A stretch of 62,411 nt of DNA from an uncultured Anaerolineaceae bacterium (GCA_964513505.1 CAZENL010000004.1:1-62411), one strand, 5' to 3'. Positions 8,306-17,247 are shown, counted from the first letter of the stretch. Program-made: numbers and translations. Notes: generated by a model not told the origin, from the letters alone.

Positions 8306-8839
8306 TCAGGCGGCTTTGAGCTCCGAAGTGCGGGCATCGTAGGCCGCTGCCCAGAGCGGGAGAAGATCGCCGGCGTTCTTGGCGTTGGCCAGGGCGCCGC
8401 GGATATCCACATCGAGCTGGGCGAGCTGCTCGGCCGAGGCGCTCTTGGATTCCTCGATCGTCTTTTCGAGCAGGGCTTCGTTCAGATCGCCCTCGGCGTC
8501 TTCATCGGCCGTCACTTCCCGATCGCTGCCTGTCTTCTCGCCGGCGTTGTGCTCGGTGGTCTGCACGCGAGCCCCCGCCCGATCCTGCCGCTGCTGCTGC
8601 GGGTCTCTCCGCTGCTGATCGGTCAGCTCCAGCTCATCCTTGACTTCGGCGAAGCGGGCGACATTGGGCGGATCGCACGCGCGATAGGTGCGCACCGCCG
8701 GCGGGTCCAGGCCTGCCGCTGGCTCCAGCGTGAAGAGGCGGCCGTTGACATGGACGGCGGCGTGGGGATGGCCATCGTTCTCGATATCGTAATTTCCGGC
8801 ATCTTTGCCGGCGGCGTCGATGAGGCGGATGCGCTTCAT
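8306..8839 (-). CDS. hypothetical protein
   Basis: 177 aa with an acidic, low-complexity centre; ATGA-coupled. Confidence 0.6.
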   Translation of the reverse strand: MKRIRLIDAAGKDAGNYDIENDGHPHAAVHVNGRLFTLEPAAGLDPPAVRTYRACDPPNVARFAEVKDELELTDQQRRDPQQQRQDRAGARVQTTEHNAGEKTGSDREVTADEDAEGDLNEALLEKTIEESKSASAEQLAQLDVDIRGALANAKNAGDLLPLWAAAYDARTSELKAA

Positions 8840-9150
8840 GGGAGAATCTCCGGGTAGAGGGTTGGCCCTAACGAAACAGCCGGGCGAAGCATATCCATCG
8901 GCGCCGGGTGTTTGGCAAGGGGGAGGCGATAGTCGCCGCGCCCCAGCGACACAAAATCGGCCATGATCGATTGATTGATGGCGTACTCGATATCCGCCAA
9001 GATTTGCTCAGGAGTGGCGTCAACCCAAGGTTCGCCCAGCAGAAACCCGGGCCCGACAGACCAGCTTGCGGTGGTGCTTTCGGCCAGGACGATCGGCGCG
9101 ACCGCCGCGCTGGCCAGCATCCCGGCAAGGAAGCCGCGCCGCGTGGTCAT
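8836..9150 (-). CDS. Tat-signal protein
   Basis: N-terminus MTTRRGFLAGMLASAAVAP. Confidence 0.6.
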   Translation of the reverse strand: MTTRRGFLAGMLASAAVAPIVLAESTTASWSVGPGFLLGEPWVDATPEQILADIEYAINQSIMADFVSLGRGDYRLPLAKHPAPMDMLRPAVSLGPTLYPEILP

Positions 9151-9395
9151 GCGCCGCCCTGGCCATCGGCCAAGCGATTGGGCGTGAGCCGATCCTCAGC
9201 TCGCAGCTTCATCGGCTTCTCGAAGCGATAGGCCCAGCCACAGACCTTGCGGCCGCCGCCCTCGGTGAAGGCGACGAGGGGATGATCGATGCAGTAGGTT
9301 TCGCCGTCGAAGAGCACGGCGCGCGGCGGCGCATCGAGGCGGAGGAAGCCGAACTCGGCGACGGTTTGCTGGCCGTCGAAGAGGATCACTCGCAT
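9147..9395 (-). CDS. hypothetical protein
   Basis: Tiles the operon. Confidence 0.5.
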   Translation of the reverse strand: MRVILFDGQQTVAEFGFLRLDAPPRAVLFDGETYCIDHPLVAFTEGGGRKVCGWAYRFEKPMKLRAEDRLTPNRLADGQGGA

Positions 9396-9571
9396 CGGCT
9401 GAGGTTCCTGCGCTCGCGGTGGGTTTCATTGCTGATCGCGCCGCTCATCGATCGGCATGGGCGGCCAGGCTCAGCGGCGCAAAGCGGGCAATCGATCGAC
9501 CGCTCGCGCTGGAGCGAGGCGGTGACGGGCCGGCCGGGCGGCTTCGGGCGCGGATGGGCGAGCTCGCTCAT
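9386..9571 (-). CDS. small zinc-finger protein
   Basis: CPLCAAEPGRPC...H..R; start MSELAH by ATGA overlap. Confidence 0.6.
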   Translation of the reverse strand: MSELAHPRPKPPGRPVTASLQRERSIDCPLCAAEPGRPCRSMSGAISNETHRERRNLSRCE

Positions 9572-9954
9572 GCCGTGATCTTTTTCTGAGCGCTGCCGGG
9601 GAGCGCGCGGATGCGCGCTGCGATTTCGTCTGCTGTCTCGCAGGCATACTCCTTTGCGGTGCGCTCGCCTTCGCGGCCATAGGCGTCGCAGAGCTTCGCA
9701 GCTTCCTCCAGCGCCGCCTCGCGCGTCGGCTTCCTGATCTGATCGAGCGCGTCCTCCAGCGTGTCGTGCTTGATGACGCACGCCGGCTTCCGCATTGGGT
9801 TGCCTAGCGGAACAGGCTGGCCGCCGAAGACACACTCGTTGGGATTGGCGACCGCCAGCCTCCGGGCATCTTCGCCATCGGTGAAAAGACCGATGCAGAC
9901 GAAATCTTCGGCGGCCGTCTGCCATTGCCAAACCGAAATCAAAGGCAAGTTCAT
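9568..9954 (-). CDS. hypothetical phage protein
   Basis: REAALEEAAKLC...ADEIAARIRAL, a common phage motif. Confidence 0.6.
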   Translation of the reverse strand: MNLPLISVWQWQTAAEDFVCIGLFTDGEDARRLAVANPNECVFGGQPVPLGNPMRKPACVIKHDTLEDALDQIRKPTREAALEEAAKLCDAYGREGERTAKEYACETADEIAARIRALPGSAQKKITA

Positions 9955-10274
9955 GCCGCCCTCCGTGCGCGCTCGCCGGCGAAAGCCTTGGCGGCCGTCT
10001 CGTAGAAAACCCGGACGCTGAAGGGCGCGTGGGGCGAAAGCTTCAGGCGCTCGCCCATGATGCGGCCCTCGGCCTCGTTGAGCTCATCGCCGGTCAAATC
10101 CGGGAGCGGCTTGGCGCAATCCCCAGCCCAGACGCGGAAGCCATCGGCCAGATCGTCATCGATCGCGCGGAGGAACTGGCGGGCGAGCACCGCCTCATCC
10201 CGATCGGGATCGCGCCCGGGCATATCCAGCACGCGGCCGGCGATGAAGATCGCCCTTTCGCGCTCGTCGCTCAT
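9951..10274 (-). CDS. hypothetical protein
   Basis: ATGA-coupled. Confidence 0.6.
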   Translation of the reverse strand: MSDERERAIFIAGRVLDMPGRDPDRDEAVLARQFLRAIDDDLADGFRVWAGDCAKPLPDLTGDELNEAEGRIMGERLKLSPHAPFSVRVFYETAAKAFAGERARRAA

Positions 10275-10765
10275 GACTTGGCCTTTCGATTGGCTTGCTC
10301 CGCCAGCGCCCAGGCGGCGCCGCGAGCAAAGGCATCGGCGGCGATGAGACGGCCGAGCTCCCCAGCTCGATCGAGCGCTCGCCGGATTTCGGGATCGCGG
10401 GCATAGGCGTCGAAGGCCTCATGCGGGCCGCGCCGGCGCCCTTCGACGAGGAAGTGATACTGATCGCGGAAGAACTGGCGAGCGTGCGACATAGCTTTGC
10501 CGGCCGAGTCGCATGTCTTGCATCCGTCCGGGATATGATCGGAGCCGATCGCCAGCACAGCGTCGGCGGCTTGCGCCAGGCCGGCGGTGTTGAAGAACCC
10601 GAAGACGCGGCCCTCCCATTCCAGCCCATCCGCATCGTCGAGCGCCGGCAGGATCACCAGCACCGCGCCCTTCATGGTCAGGCCGTGGTCGCTGGCGATC
10701 ATCGCCGCCAGCTCGTTGACGAGGCGGCCGTGGCCGTGCTCGCAATCTTGGCGATCGACGCTCAT
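10271..10765 (-). CDS. hypothetical protein
   Basis: ATGA-coupled; CxxC. Confidence 0.6.
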   Translation of the reverse strand: MSVDRQDCEHGHGRLVNELAAMIASDHGLTMKGAVLVILPALDDADGLEWEGRVFGFFNTAGLAQAADAVLAIGSDHIPDGCKTCDSAGKAMSHARQFFRDQYHFLVEGRRRGPHEAFDAYARDPEIRRALDRAGELGRLIAADAFARGAAWALAEQANRKAKS

Positions 10766-11004
10766 AACGCGGCCTTCGCGATCGCCGCGCGGGCTTCCAG
10801 CATGGCCATCGCATCGATGTAGGCGATGCCGGCGCGCTGCTCAGGCGTGGCGAGGCCTTCGTCGAAGCAATCCCGCGCGTGAATTCCCGCCAGCGCTTGC
10901 CCCGCGAAATAGTCGAGGAGCGACATGCCGTGCCAGCCCTCGTCCTTCAGGCTCACATCAGGGTGAAGCGGAAACGCCGGGCCGCCAGCCTTCGCGCCGC
11001 TCAT
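10762..11004 (-). CDS. conserved phage hypothetical (GGPAFP...GMSLLDYFA family)
   Basis: Start MSGAKA; recognisable GGPAFP and GMSL.DYFAGQAL motifs. Confidence 0.75.
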   Translation of the reverse strand: MSGAKAGGPAFPLHPDVSLKDEGWHGMSLLDYFAGQALAGIHARDCFDEGLATPEQRAGIAYIDAMAMLEARAAIAKAAL

Positions 11005-11243
11005 GCTGGCCTCCGTGCCGTCAGCATGGCGCGAAGCCAGCCGCAAAGATGGAAGATGGCCTGCCATAAGCTGAAGATCGCCGTGATGCTGCCGACGAAG
11101 AACCGAGCGACGCCGAGCGGGCTGAGCACGCCGGGCGGCTCGATCGCGCCGGGAGCCCAGCTCGCCGCAACACTCGCGAGCGCGATGAATAGCAGCGCCA
11201 GCTCAAGCCGGTCCACGATTTCGTAGCGGTTGGGCGCTCTCAT
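11001..11243 (-). CDS. two-TM membrane protein
   Basis: Hydrophobic segments; ATGA-coupled. Confidence 0.55.
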   Translation of the reverse strand: MRAPNRYEIVDRLELALLFIALASVAASWAPGAIEPPGVLSPLGVARFFVGSITAIFSLWQAIFHLCGWLRAMLTARRPA

Positions 11244-11659
11244 GACGCGCTCGCTTCCGCCGCCAGGCGCCGGTTCTGGGCCACTTGCCGGATCGCGCGC
11301 ACCAGCCCCACCGTGATTTCCGGCTGCACCAGCGTGTCGGGCTTCACATCGTCGATATCGCTCGACATGAGCCCGAGGCCTTCGCCGCCGCCGTCGAATT
11401 CATGGAGAATCCAGCGCAGCAAGTAGGCCGTCTCCTCGCCGCATGTGCAGGGCCCGAGCTTTTCGGCGAGCTCGCAGCCCACATCGTGCTTGACGCCGGC
11501 GAGAGGCCGATCCTCCCGCGTCTCGGCGTATTGGTGGGCGCGCGTCGTGGCCAGCGGGCCGGTGAAGGACGTCACCATTTCGTTGCGGCCGAGAATACTC
11601 TCGACCACCCGCCACTCCTTGCCGTCCGCGGATTGAAGAATTTCCAGTTTGCCAGTCAT
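11240..11659 (-). CDS. hypothetical protein, first gene of the left accessory operon
   Basis: Start MTGKLE after AAGAGGAG RBS. Confidence 0.65.
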   Translation of the reverse strand: MTGKLEILQSADGKEWRVVESILGRNEMVTSFTGPLATTRAHQYAETREDRPLAGVKHDVGCELAEKLGPCTCGEETAYLLRWILHEFDGGGEGLGLMSSDIDDVKPDTLVQPEITVGLVRAIRQVAQNRRLAAEASAS

Positions 11660-11682
11660 GTCGCAAAGTCTCCTCTTGATGG

Positions 11683-11697
11683 TTAATGGATCGTTAA
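11683..11697 (-). promoter_or_regulatory. CtrA-type full binding site
   Basis: Minus strand reads TTAA-cgatcca-TTAAC, the TTAA-N7-TTAAC consensus, in the intergenic gap. Confidence 0.7.
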
Positions 11698-11716
11698 GCC
11701 TTCTCAAAAATCGCGG

Positions 11717-12067
11717 CTATCCTGCCCCGCCCTCTTCAGAATGAAAAGCCGCCAGTTCGGCCTCCGAAAATGGCTGGAAAATCCAAGGTTGCGAGCCGAG
11801 CGGCGCCTGGGCGTCGCAAAGCCCGACAATTTCGCCATCCCGGATCGCGAGCGACGGCTCAAGGCCGGATACCCAGCGGGACAGGAGAGCCCGCGCCAGC
11901 CGGGCTTGACGGCGCGCTCGGCGCAAATGCGCGGCCTCGATCATTTCCGCCAGCTCGCCCAGGGGAAGCGGCTCAAAGACCGGACAGTCGGAATAGCGGA
12001 AAGGCAGCTCCAGCTTTTTATGCACCGCAAGCTCAGGGGCGGCCGGGCCGGGCCGGTCGATCGTCAT
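11717..12067 (-). CDS. hypothetical protein
   Basis: Start MTIDRP, ATGA-coupled to the initiator. Confidence 0.5.
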   Translation of the reverse strand: MTIDRPGPAAPELAVHKKLELPFRYSDCPVFEPLPLGELAEMIEAAHLRRARRQARLARALLSRWVSGLEPSLAIRDGEIVGLCDAQAPLGSQPWIFQPFSEAELAAFHSEEGGAG

Positions 12068-13104
12068 GAGCCCCACCCGGGCGGAGGCGGATCAGTCTTC
12101 AGCGGCATCCGCAGCTTCTTCCGGTCCTGATTTCGGCTGAGCCGGGGCTGCTCGTCCAGCAGCACCTTGGGATAAGCGCAATCGGGCTCGTCGGGGTTTG
12201 GGCCGCCATCGAGGGGCCAGATGCCGTGCTTCCGCCAGCTATAGACCGAGAGGCGCATACTCCAGAGGCGATCGGCGTCGAATACCCCCGGTTGTGCGGT
12301 CGATGGCACTCGCGCTTTGACGGCGGCATGGAGCCAGCTCAGCCAGTCGGCGGGTTGGTTGTGCTCGGCGGTCTCGATGGCGGCGCGGAGGATGGCAGGA
12401 TCATCGCCGAGGGCCTTGAGCCATTTGCCGATGACGGGGCGGAGCTGCTGGCCGGTCTTTCCGGTGTTCGAATGCAGGGCGAAGAGGCCCTCGTTAAACA
12501 GCCAAGTCCGATCGTCGGGCGAGGGGGTGATGGGTGGGAGAATGACTTCGCCTTGCGGCGCTGGAGGCGCCGGTTCCGAAGGAACCGCCGTACTTACTTT
12601 CTTCTTTCTCTCTTCTCTATCCCTGTCCCTGTCTATTGCTAAAGGGTCGCTAAGGCCCGGCTTTGGGGTGGCTTTAGCCCTGCCATGATCCGTTTTTTGC
12701 TTATGTTCCCATAACTTAGCGGCGCCTTTTTTGCCGTTATCGCTCGCGGTGCGCTTTTCGGCCCATGCGGAGAGCACCAGCTCAGCGATCACGCGGTGGT
12801 AAAGGCGCCCATCGGAGCACCGAATCCAGCCGTGAAGAGCGCGCTCGCGCACCAGCGCCCAGGCGGCGGCGGGGAGCTCAGCCAGGCGGGCGAGCTGGGC
12901 GTCGCCGGCGGGCAGCGAGCCGGCGGGCACCTGATCGTAGGACTTGAGCCAGAGCGTCACCCCCGCCCGCCACTCGTCGCCGTTGGCGAGGGCATGGAAT
13001 TCCGACCCGAAGAGCCGGGCCCGATATAAGGGGGTGAAGCCGAAGGCGCGAAGATCGACGCCGGGCGGGACAAAAGGCTCAGGGGGATCGATTAGATCAG
13101 CCAT
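12064..13104 (-). CDS. DUF1376/YdaU-type phage replication initiator
   Basis: DLRAFGFTPLY..RLFGSEF, WRAGVTLWLKSYDQVPAGSLP..DAQLARLA, LHGWIRCSDGRLYH; adjacent to DnaB. Confidence 0.8.
   Translation of the reverse strand: MADLIDPPEPFVPPGVDLRAFGFTPLYRARLFGSEFHALANGDEWRAGVTLWLKSYDQVPAGSLPAGDAQLARLAELPAAAWALVRERALHGWIRCSDGRLYHRVIAELVLSAWAEKRTASDNGKKGAAKLWEHKQKTDHGRAKATPKPGLSDPLAIDRDRDREERKKKVSTAVPSEPAPPAPQGEVILPPITPSPDDRTWLFNEGLFALHSNTGKTGQQLRPVIGKWLKALGDDPAILRAAIETAEHNQPADWLSWLHAAVKARVPSTAQPGVFDADRLWSMRLSVYSWRKHGIWPLDGGPNPDEPDCAYPKVLLDEQPRLSRNQDRKKLRMPLKTDPPPPGWGS
12638..12720. repeat. candidate iterons/origin inside the initiator gene
   Basis: GCTAA(A/G) at 12638 and 12649 (+) and at 12672-12678 and 12715-12720 (-), within an AT-richer stretch. 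Confidence 0.35.
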
Positions 13105-13219
13105 GGCGTGCCCCTCCTATGGGCGGTGCGCCGGCGGCGGCCCCGGATAGGAGCCGGGCGAAGGGATGCCTCCCACCGCCGCCGGTGCCAAACCCTTTAA
13201 GCTGATTCGCGGCGATCAT
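13097..13219 (-). CDS. 40-aa bridging ORF between dnaB and initiator
   Basis: ATGA overlap with the dnaB stop; ends inside the initiator start. Confidence 0.35.
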   Translation of the reverse strand: MIAANQLKGFGTGGGGRHPFARLLSGAAAGAPPIGGARHG

Positions 13220-14715
13220 GGGCCGCCGCCCTGCATTTGGCGCCACAAGCTCATTTCCGCCTGCTCAGGCTTCGGCTCCAAGTCGCTGAATTGGGTGTAC
13301 TTTTCCTCGAAGTTGACGATCGCCGACCCGATCGCGCCCATGCGCTGCTTGGCGGCGAAGATTTCCGCCTTCCCTTCGTGCTTTTCGACCGCGGCGTCGT
13401 GCTTGCCCTTCTCCTCGCCGCTGGCGCGCTCGCCCGGGGGATTTCGATTGAGGTAGTAGATTTCCCGGTGAATGAACCAGACCGCGTCGGCGTTCTGCTC
13501 GATCGCCGCCGAGCCATAAAGATCGGTCAGCACCGGCCGATTGCTGTGCCGCTTGTTGGCATCGCGATTGACATGGGACACCAGCGCGATCGCGATATTG
13601 AACTCGGTCGCCATGTCCTTCAAATCACTGGTGATCTGCTGGATTTGATCCTTCTCATCGTCGCGCGGATTCTTGGGCTTGACGAAGCGAAGATGATCGA
13701 TCCCGACGAGCGAGACGCCGCGCTTCGATCGACGGCGCCTGGCCTGGACGCGGGCGCGCATCTGGGCCACGGAAAGCCGGCGCGAGCCGTCCACTTGATA
13801 GGGCAGCTCGGGGAATTGGCTGGCGGCCAGGGCGAGGCGCTCCATTTCCTTCGGGCTGGTGCGGCCCCGGCGCATGATATCGGACGGCACCTTGGCGATC
13901 ATCGCCAGCTCGCGGGTCGCGACTTGCTGGGCCATCATTTCCAGCGAGAAGAACATCGCCTCCTCCGGCATGGGCGCGCCGGCCTCCAGAGCTTCGATCG
14001 ATGCGTTGGCCATGAGAATGTGCTGGAGAAGGCTGGTTTTACCCATGTTGGGCGCGCCGCCGAGAATGGTCAGGTCGCCGCGGTACAGGCCGCCCAGCTT
14101 CTCGTCGACAAGCCAGAGCCCGGAAGTCAGGCAAACCCCCGCCGGCTGGTTCATCGCATCCTCCGCCTGCTGGGCGGCCTGCTGGACGGCTTCGCGGATC
14201 GGGATCGATACGACGCTGCGCTGGGAGCCTTGGCTGGCCTCGAAGAGCTGCTCGGCCGCCCGATCGGCGATCTCTTGCGCCTTCGTCTCCAGCGGCGGGT
14301 TGTAGGCTTCCTCGATCGCGATTTCGGCCGCGCGGATGATCGATCGCCGGATGGCCAGATCCCGGAGAATGTCGCAAAAGTCCCGTATGTTCGGGAGCGC
14401 CGGCGCCGCCTTCCGCAGCGCATCGAGGTAGGGCTGGCCGCCGACTTCCATGATGCCGGGATCGGCCTTCATGGCGGCGTGAAGGGTCAGCGCCGTGATC
14501 TTGCGGTCCTGCGCCGCCAGCTCGCCGATCGTCTTGTAGATGCGGCCATGGAGGGGATCGTAAAAGTGCTCCGGCTGGAGCAGCTCGACCGCCCGCCAAT
14601 AGCTGTTGCCGTCCTGAAGGAAGGAGCCGAGGAGGGCCTGCTCGACGTCGATATCATAGGGCACATGCTCGTAGGCCTTGGGCCCGGCCGGCTCGTCGCG
14701 CGGATCGCCGCTCAT
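13216..14715 (-). CDS. dnaB: replicative DNA helicase DnaB
   Basis: PYDIDVEQALLG; Walker A GGAPNMGKT; FFSLEM; GIDHLRFV; LVSHVNR; LYGSAAIEQNAD. Confidence 0.95.
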   Translation of the reverse strand: MSGDPRDEPAGPKAYEHVPYDIDVEQALLGSFLQDGNSYWRAVELLQPEHFYDPLHGRIYKTIGELAAQDRKITALTLHAAMKADPGIMEVGGQPYLDALRKAAPALPNIRDFCDILRDLAIRRSIIRAAEIAIEEAYNPPLETKAQEIADRAAEQLFEASQGSQRSVVSIPIREAVQQAAQQAEDAMNQPAGVCLTSGLWLVDEKLGGLYRGDLTILGGAPNMGKTSLLQHILMANASIEALEAGAPMPEEAMFFSLEMMAQQVATRELAMIAKVPSDIMRRGRTSPKEMERLALAASQFPELPYQVDGSRRLSVAQMRARVQARRRRSKRGVSLVGIDHLRFVKPKNPRDDEKDQIQQITSDLKDMATEFNIAIALVSHVNRDANKRHSNRPVLTDLYGSAAIEQNADAVWFIHREIYYLNRNPPGERASGEEKGKHDAAVEKHEGKAEIFAAKQRMGAIGSAIVNFEEKYTQFSDLEPKPEQAEMSLWRQMQGGGP

Positions 14716-14915
14716 TGGCCGCGCTCCCGCTTCTCAGCCGCCAGCTTCTCTTGATGATAGGTCTGCATTCGCGCCCGGAATTCCTCTTCGGGCGTGCGCT
14801 CGATGATGTGCGGGAAATGGCCCCGATCCTGCTGGTGGCGCGCCAAATCCTCGGGCGTCCGAAATTGCTTCGGGCACATCGGGCAGCGCGGGCCCTGGCC
14901 ATGCTTATTCGCCAT
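14712..14915 (-). CDS. C2H2 zinc-finger protein
   Basis: CPMC-PKQ-F-RTPED-L-AR-H-QQDRG-H. Confidence 0.7.
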   Translation of the reverse strand: MANKHGQGPRCPMCPKQFRTPEDLARHQQDRGHFPHIIERTPEEEFRARMQTYHQEKLAAEKRERGQ

Positions 14916-15081
14916 GTTTAGGCCGCCTGTATCGCCCGAGGTCTGGATCAAACACGCGGCCGCTTTCCTTCTGCTCGGGCTGCTCCGGCGCATCGCCCAG
15001 GATTTGATCGATCGAGCGCGGCCGCCGGCGGTGAGCGTGAAACTCTTCCGCCGCTTTCTTCAGGCCGGGAGGGAGAGCCAT
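14905..15081 (-). CDS. hypothetical protein
   Basis: Start MALPPG by TGATG overlap. Confidence 0.45.
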   Translation of the reverse strand: MALPPGLKKAAEEFHAHRRRPRSIDQILGDAPEQPEQKESGRVFDPDLGRYRRPKHGE

Positions 15082-15698
15082 CACGGCCAGTCCGTCTTGC
15101 GATCGAGCGCGGCGCGGCAGGGCGGAATCCAGGCCAGCCGGGGCTCGCCGCGGGCGCGCTGTTCCCAGACGAGCCAGCAATAGCTCGTCGCCGTCGAAGC
15201 CTTGCGATCGAGGCGCCCCTTCACCATCGCGACGCGCTCGACGAATTGGGCCATGACGCTGGGCGGCCGCCGGCGGAAGAGCCGCTCATACCGGCCGCTG
15301 CTCTCGATGAAGACGCTGCGGACGAGGATGGCGACGCCTTCTTCGGCCAGCTCCAGGCCTCGATCGACGAATTCCTCGGCCAGGCGGAAGGGCGGGTTGG
15401 TGATTATCCAATCGACGCGCCCACACCAATCGGGCGTGAAGCGCTGAAGGAAATCATGGATCGGCGTCTCGCCGTAATCGTGCACATCGCTCGATCGGAC
15501 AGAGCGCATATATTCGGCCATGGGCCGCGCCATCGCGCCATCGCCGCAGGCCGGGTCCCAGCCGACCTCAGCATGGCGGGGGCCGATCACATGCTCGAAG
15601 AGAGCGCGCGTCGCCCAGGGTGGGGTGGGAAAGAAGTCGAGAGAATCGTTCGGTTCCGAACGCTGGGCCATTACCGCATGGGAACGGTTCTGGCTCAT
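15081..15698 (-). CDS. N6-adenine-type DNA methyltransferase
   Basis: DFFPTPPW, WDPACGDG, WIITNPPF. Confidence 0.85.
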   Translation of the reverse strand: MSQNRSHAVMAQRSEPNDSLDFFPTPPWATRALFEHVIGPRHAEVGWDPACGDGAMARPMAEYMRSVRSSDVHDYGETPIHDFLQRFTPDWCGRVDWIITNPPFRLAEEFVDRGLELAEEGVAILVRSVFIESSGRYERLFRRRPPSVMAQFVERVAMVKGRLDRKASTATSYCWLVWEQRARGEPRLAWIPPCRAALDRKTDWP

Positions 15699-15787
15699 CC
15701 GGCTCGCCGCCCGAGCGGCAAGGGGGCTGCGGCGGCTTCCGCAAGCTGTGTGGGGGCCGGTAGGCCCTGACCGTTAAGGATTGGCAT
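15695..15787 (-). CDS. 30-aa ORF coupled to the MTase
   Basis: AAGAGG RBS; MPILNGQGLPAPTQLAEAAAAPLPLGRRAG; ATGA overlap. Confidence 0.4.
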   Translation of the reverse strand: MPILNGQGLPAPTQLAEAAAAPLPLGRRAG

Positions 15788-15850
15788 TTTCGCAAACTGC
15801 CTCTTGGTGGTGGACGGTTCGCTGATTCGCGGCAGGCGTGGCAAGCGGAA

Positions 15851-16348
15851 TCACCCGGCCAGGATGCCCGATCGGCGGTAATGCTTGGCGATCCCGAAGT
15901 CCCAGATGCCGCCGGCCTCGGCCGCATTATGGTCCTGATAGGTGTAGCCGAGCTGATCGCAGCGCTTCATCGCCCCGCGCTTCCCCTCTTCGGTGGAGAC
16001 GCGGGCGGTGCCGAGGAAATGGCGGCGCCAGATGCCGCACTCGACTGTTTCGACGGAGGCCCCAGCTCGGCAGGCGGCCTCGCGCGCCACGGCTTGGAGG
16101 CTTATCAGGAGGAACGCGCTGTAGGCACTATGCTCGGAGTCGACCACTTGCATGGCGGCCTCGATGAGGACGCGCTCGATCTTTTCAAATCGGCATGTCA
16201 TGGCCACCCATTCGCGGAGGCCGACGAGCGCGCGATCGAGGTTGAGCTGGCCTTCGGGCAGCTTCACCACGGCCGTGCGCGGGCGGGGCGCATCGGCCCC
16301 GCCCCACGCTGCGCCGGTTGTCAGGCTTATATCCAGCGCGAGAAGCAT
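15851..16348 (-). CDS. RuvC-like Holliday junction resolvase
   Basis: LLALDISLTTG, VLIEAA, W+RHFLG, HNAAEAGGI. Confidence 0.8.
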   Translation of the reverse strand: MLLALDISLTTGAAWGGADAPRPRTAVVKLPEGQLNLDRALVGLREWVAMTCRFEKIERVLIEAAMQVVDSEHSAYSAFLLISLQAVAREAACRAGASVETVECGIWRRHFLGTARVSTEEGKRGAMKRCDQLGYTYQDHNAAEAGGIWDFGIAKHYRRSGILAG

Positions 16349-16956
16349 TACTGCGTCGCGGTGCCGGCCGGCCTGGCCGCGGCCGCTTCGCCCGGGCTTT
16401 GCGCCATGGCTTTGCGGATTTCCTCGGCGCTCAGATTCTCGGCGCCGGGCGCCATCGAGGCGTTGACGAAGCGATATTCGTCCAGATAGGCCTCGGCCGC
16501 CGCCGAACCTTCAGCGAAGCGGCATTCCGGGGCTTTGCCCTGCCGGGCGGCGATGCGCGCTTCGGCTCTCGCCTGGGCGATATCATCGTCAAACATGGCG
16601 TCGAAGACGTTGAGCTGGAAGGGCGCGCCGATCGCCTTGAGGCCGACGCCGAAGGATTCCAGATAATGCCGGGCCGAAATCGGGTCGCCGTCTTGGAGGT
16701 GCATCAAATCCTTGAGCAGCTCCTTGGAAATCATTTCGGCGGCCGCGGCCTCATAGGCTTTCGAGACGCTGGCCTTCATGTCCTTGAGCTTCTTCTCCCA
16801 GGCGCGCACGTTGGAAAGATGGTGCTCGATGCGCGGCCCCTCGGGGAGCTTCATCTGCTTCGACGGGCCGACTTTCGTCTCGACCGTCTCGTCTTGCGTT
16901 GGGGCTTTGGCGCGCCGGGCGCCTTGCTTCTTCCTTGATCCTTTGGATTTCGCCAC
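16348..16956 (-). CDS. GapR-like nucleoid protein with RMF-like C-terminus
   Basis: EKKLKDMKASVSKAYEAAAAEMISKELLKDLMHLQ resembles the DUF2312 helix pattern. C-terminal ARIAARQGKAPECRF..GS...AY. Confidence 0.5.
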   Translation of the reverse strand: MAKSKGSRKKQGARRAKAPTQDETVETKVGPSKQMKLPEGPRIEHHLSNVRAWEKKLKDMKASVSKAYEAAAAEMISKELLKDLMHLQDGDPISARHYLESFGVGLKAIGAPFQLNVFDAMFDDDIAQARAEARIAARQGKAPECRFAEGSAAAEAYLDEYRFVNASMAPGAENLSAEEIRKAMAQSPGEAAAARPAGTATQ

Positions 16957-17013
16957 TCGGGCCTCCTGATTGCGTTGCGGAACGCTGAGGAGACACCGGC
17001 GTGGTGGAAATTG

Positions 17014-17241
17014 CTACCGGGCGCCGGTGTATTTTTCGCCCTGCTTGGCGCACCAGCCCCGAAGGATATCGGCCTCCCGGACCCGCTTCTTCGACCACGC
17101 CATGATCTTCAGGATCGTTTCGGGCATGGGGTATCGACTCCCCGTCTCGGCGGTGTGGAAGGCGGCCGGCGATATTTTTGCCTGAAAAGCGGCGGTTTCT
17201 TGGGAAATCCCAAGCTTCAATCGATAGGAGCGCAGGTTCAT
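17014..17241 (-). CDS. XRE-family HTH regulator (Cro-like)
   Basis: MNLRSYRLKLGISQETAAFQAKISPAAFHTAETGSRYPMPETILKI; no peptidase domain. Confidence 0.85.
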   Translation of the reverse strand: MNLRSYRLKLGISQETAAFQAKISPAAFHTAETGSRYPMPETILKIMAWSKKRVREADILRGWCAKQGEKYTGAR

Positions 17242-17247
17242 GGCGCC

